DNA from: a virus | IMG/VR virus record: IMGVR_UViG_3300020029_000077 | Location: 1 to 6,604 of that record | DNA: 6,604 nt | Reading direction: 5' to 3' (one strand) | In this document: in pieces, positions 4,252 to 6,604 of the stretch | Layout: each line of letters starts with the position of its first letter | Position numbering within the stretch: position 1 is the first letter of the stretch | Program-made: the position numbers and the translations under genes | The notes under the pieces: generated by a model | Told to the model about the DNA's origin: nothing | Seen by the model: the letters and a program-made list of their open reading frames with translations, nothing else | Database searches by the model: none

Positions 4252-4445
4252 AAATTACTCCTAATCAGTGGATAGAGATTGTTAAGTTGATTTCTACCTT
4301 TGTTATTGGTATTATCACAACTTTGTTTGTTCAGTCGTGTACTCTTTCTTTGTCTGTATCAAAAAATAATTCGAATTCTACCCAGCAGACCGAGCAAAGG
4401 GCTTCCTCTGTTGCGGATTCGATTAGTGCTAATTTTAAACGTTAA
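4248..4445 (+). CDS. Small membrane-anchored or lipoprotein-like protein, 65 aa (function unknown; lysis/exclusion candidate)
   Basis: Its ATG overlaps the Rep stop (ATGA at 4248-4251). Its TAA lies 3 nt before the VP1 ATG. It has an 18-residue hydrophobic segment (IVKLISTFVIGIITTLFV) followed by QSC (Cys31, nt 4338-4340) and a polar S/N/Q/T-rich tail. It shares the T-ending codon bias of its neighbours. Confidence 0.6.
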   Translation: MKITPNQWIEIVKLISTFVIGIITTLFVQSCTLSLSVSKNNSNSTQQTEQRASSVADSISANFKR

Positions 4446-4448
4446 GTT

Positions 4449-6203
4449 ATGGGATTATTTAACCTTTCTAGTGTAAAGAATCACCCTAGACGCTCCGGTT
4501 TTGACCTTTCGTCTAAGGTTGCGTTTTCTGCTAAAGTCGGTGAACTTCTTCCAATTAAATGGACTTTGACTATGCCAGGTGATAAGTTTAGTTTAAAGGA
4601 ACAGCATTTCACTCGCACCCAGCCCGTTAATACTTCCGCCTATACTCGTGTGCGAGAGTATTACGATTGGTTTTGGTGTCCTCTTCATCTTCTTTGGCGT
4701 AATGCCCCTGAAGTGATTGCGCAGATTCAACAGAATGTGCAACATGCTTCTTCTTTTGATGGTAGTGTTTTGCTTGGCTCTAATATGCCTTGTTTCTCTG
4801 CTGACCAAATTTCACAATCTTTGGATATGATGAAGTCCAAATTAAATTATTTTGGTTTTAATCGTGCTGATTTGGCTTATAAGCTTATACAGTATCTTCG
4901 CTATGGTAATGTGCGTACCGGTGTTGGTACTAATGGTAGCCGTAATTATGGTACATCTGTTGATGTTAAAGACCCTTCTTATAATCAGAATCGCGCTTAT
5001 AATCATGCTTTGAGTGTTTTTCCTATTCTTGCTTATAAAAAGTTTTGTCAGGATTATTTCCGCTTGACTCAATGGCAGGACTCTGCGCCTTATCTTTGGA
5101 ATATTGATTATTATGACGGAAAAGGTGCTACTACCATTCTTCCGGCTGATATTTCAAAGTCTGTGACTTATTTTGAAAACAATACTTTCTTTGATTTGGA
5201 ATATTGTAATTGGAATAAGGATATGTTTTTCGGTTCTTTGCCTGATGCTCAATACGGTGATACTTCCGTTGTTGATATTTCTTACGGTACAACGGGTGCA
5301 CCTGTTAAAATTGCGCAGAATTTGAAGTCGCCTACAAACTCTAGTACAACGATTGGTACTAGTAATGAATTTTCTTCTCAATTGATTGATGCAGGTACAA
5401 ATTTAACTCTTGACGTTCTTGCTCTTCGTCGTGGTGAAGCTCTTCAGCGTTTCCGTGAGATTTCACTTTGTACTCCTTTGAATTATCGTTCGCAGATTAA
5501 AGCGCATTTTGGTGTCGATGTTGGTTCTGAAATGTCCGGCATGAGTACTTATATTGGTGGCGAAGCTTCTTCGCTTGATATTTCGGAGGTTGTTAATACG
5601 AATATTACTGAATCGAATGAAGCTTTGATTGCTGGTAAAGGTGTTGGAACTGGTCAAAGTAATGAGAATTTTTATGCTAAAGATTGGGGTGTTTTGATGT
5701 GTATTTATCATTCTGTGCCTCTTCTTGATTATGTTACGTCCGCTCCAGACCCGCAACTTTTTGCGAGTATGAATACTTCGTTCCCTGTTCCGGAACTTGA
5801 TGCCATTGGGTTAGAACCTATAACGGTCGCTTATTTTTCGAATAATCCTATTGAGCTTCCGTCTACCGGTGGAATTACTGATGCTCCGACTACTACCGTT
5901 GGTTATCTTCCGCGCTATTATGCTTGGAAAACCTCTATTGATTATGTTTTAGGTGCTTTTACTACAACCGAGAAAGAGTGGGTTGCTCCTATTACGCAAC
6001 AACTTTGGTCTAATATGCTTAAACCTTTAGGAACTAAAGGAGCAGGTATTAATTATAATTTCTTTAAGGTTAATCCTTCGATATTAGACCCTATTTTTGC
6101 GGTGAATGCTGATTCGTATTGGGACACTGATACGTTTTTGATTAATGCCGCATTTGATATTCGTGTAGCTCGTAACCTTGATTATGATGGAATGCCTTAT
6201 TGA
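4449..6203 (+). CDS. VP1: Major capsid protein (Microviridae F / VP1 family), 584 aa
   Basis: The N-terminus ...NHPRRSGFDLSSKVAFSAKVGELLPI...MPGDKF...YYDWFWCPLHLLW and the internal ...LDVLALRRGEALQRFREI... match the conserved blocks of capsid protein F-family MCPs as I recall them. Length and position are typical. Confidence 0.95.
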   Translation: MGLFNLSSVKNHPRRSGFDLSSKVAFSAKVGELLPIKWTLTMPGDKFSLKEQHFTRTQPVNTSAYTRVREYYDWFWCPLHLLWRNAPEVIAQIQQNVQHASSFDGSVLLGSNMPCFSADQISQSLDMMKSKLNYFGFNRADLAYKLIQYLRYGNVRTGVGTNGSRNYGTSVDVKDPSYNQNRAYNHALSVFPILAYKKFCQDYFRLTQWQDSAPYLWNIDYYDGKGATTILPADISKSVTYFENNTFFDLEYCNWNKDMFFGSLPDAQYGDTSVVDISYGTTGAPVKIAQNLKSPTNSSTTIGTSNEFSSQLIDAGTNLTLDVLALRRGEALQRFREISLCTPLNYRSQIKAHFGVDVGSEMSGMSTYIGGEASSLDISEVVNTNITESNEALIAGKGVGTGQSNENFYAKDWGVLMCIYHSVPLLDYVTSAPDPQLFASMNTSFPVPELDAIGLEPITVAYFSNNPIELPSTGGITDAPTTTVGYLPRYYAWKTSIDYVLGAFTTTEKEWVAPITQQLWSNMLKPLGTKGAGINYNFFKVNPSILDPIFAVNADSYWDTDTFLINAAFDIRVARNLDYDGMPY

Positions 6204-6205
6204 TT

Positions 6206-6604
6206 ATGAGAAAAGTTAAGAAAGTGCGTCCTTACTCACGCGTAGGTTATAATCATGATTATGATTCTAAAAAGAGTAAGTTTGCGGTTCGTGATAAGCT
6301 TGTTGAATTGTCGTCTTTTACTGATGGTTCCGGTGTATTTCACATGTTGAATGATATTACTTTGTTGTTTAATCAGCAACGCCTTGAAAATCGCATTGCT
6401 CCTACTGAACTTCGTGAAATGTTTAATCGCTTTTCACCGAATAAATCAAGGTATTTAGCGCAATTGGATGATGATACTTTGTTGTCTACTCTTAAGTCTA
6501 GGCACATCCAATCTCTTTCAGAAATAAAGTCTTGGACTGAATATTGCATTGAAAACTTTGATGATTTGATGAAGGCACAACAAGCTAAAGAAGATGAATC
6601 TGAA
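6206..6604 (+). CDS. 5' part of the 155-aa junction-spanning ORF (VP3-position, putative internal scaffolding-like protein); continues at position 2
   Basis: Its ATG at 6206 is 2 nt after the VP1 stop. The frame is open to the window end (133 codons): MRKVKKVRPYSRVGYNHDYDSKKSKF...LAQLDDDTLLSTLKSRHIQSLSEIKSWTEYCIENFDDLMKAQQAKEDESE. It has a basic N-terminus, an acidic C-terminal half and T-ending codon bias. The scaffolding assignment rests on position and size only. Confidence 0.6.
   Translation, partial: MRKVKKVRPYSRVGYNHDYDSKKSKFAVRDKLVELSSFTDGSGVFHMLNDITLLFNQQRLENRIAPTELREMFNRFSPNKSRYLAQLDDDTLLSTLKSRHIQSLSEIKSWTEYCIENFDDLMKAQQAKEDESE
6484..6604. repeat. Terminal redundancy, copy 2 (identical to 1-121)
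   Basis: Same comparison as for copy 1. The reading frame of the ORF starting at 6206 continues without a break into position 2. Confidence 0.95.

Larger units (their letters stand above)
1..6483 (+). other. One complete unit of a circular Microviridae (Alpavirinae-like) ssDNA phage genome, 6483 nt
   Basis: There is an exact 121-nt overlap between the window start and end. The gene set is typical of Microviridae (F-type capsid, HUH Rep, pilot protein). All genes lie on one strand. The unit size fits the family. Confidence 0.9.

Overview
The window is about 1.02 copies of a circular Microviridae (ssDNA phage) genome. Bases 1-121 are identical to 6484-6604, so the unit length is 6483 nt. All convincing genes are on the + strand. 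One tightly packed block runs: HUH rolling-circle Rep (VP4-like, 2560-4251), a 65-aa membrane ORF (4248-4445, ATGA overlap with Rep), the F-type major capsid protein (VP1-like, 4449-6203), a 155-aa VP3-position ORF that crosses the window junction (6206-6604, continuing at 2-190), and the VP2-like pilot/minor capsid protein (111 or 231 to 1394). A hairpin plus T-run terminator closes the block at 1425-1453. The remaining 1165 nt (1395-2559) are non-core. They contain a hairpin cluster, a near-consensus Bacteroides-type promoter (TTTG-20 nt-TAnnTTTG) driving two small orphan ORFs (1669-1905 and 1986-2180), a long bidirectional-type terminator hairpin (2196-2273), a (CG)-rich palindrome (2317-2340), and a structured roughly 150-nt leader in front of Rep. 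No start codon has a Shine-Dalgarno sequence. Together with the Bacteroides-type promoters and the large Rep, this suggests an Alpavirinae-like phage of a Bacteroidota host; this is inference. The items most worth follow-up are the self-contained promoter/two-ORF/terminator accessory cassette, the small membrane ORF between Rep and capsid (lysis candidate), a 199-codon +1-frame ORF over the Rep catalytic core, candidate ssDNA origin hairpins, and a codon-usage discontinuity suggesting a mosaic genome. No tRNA, rRNA, CRISPR array or transposase was seen.
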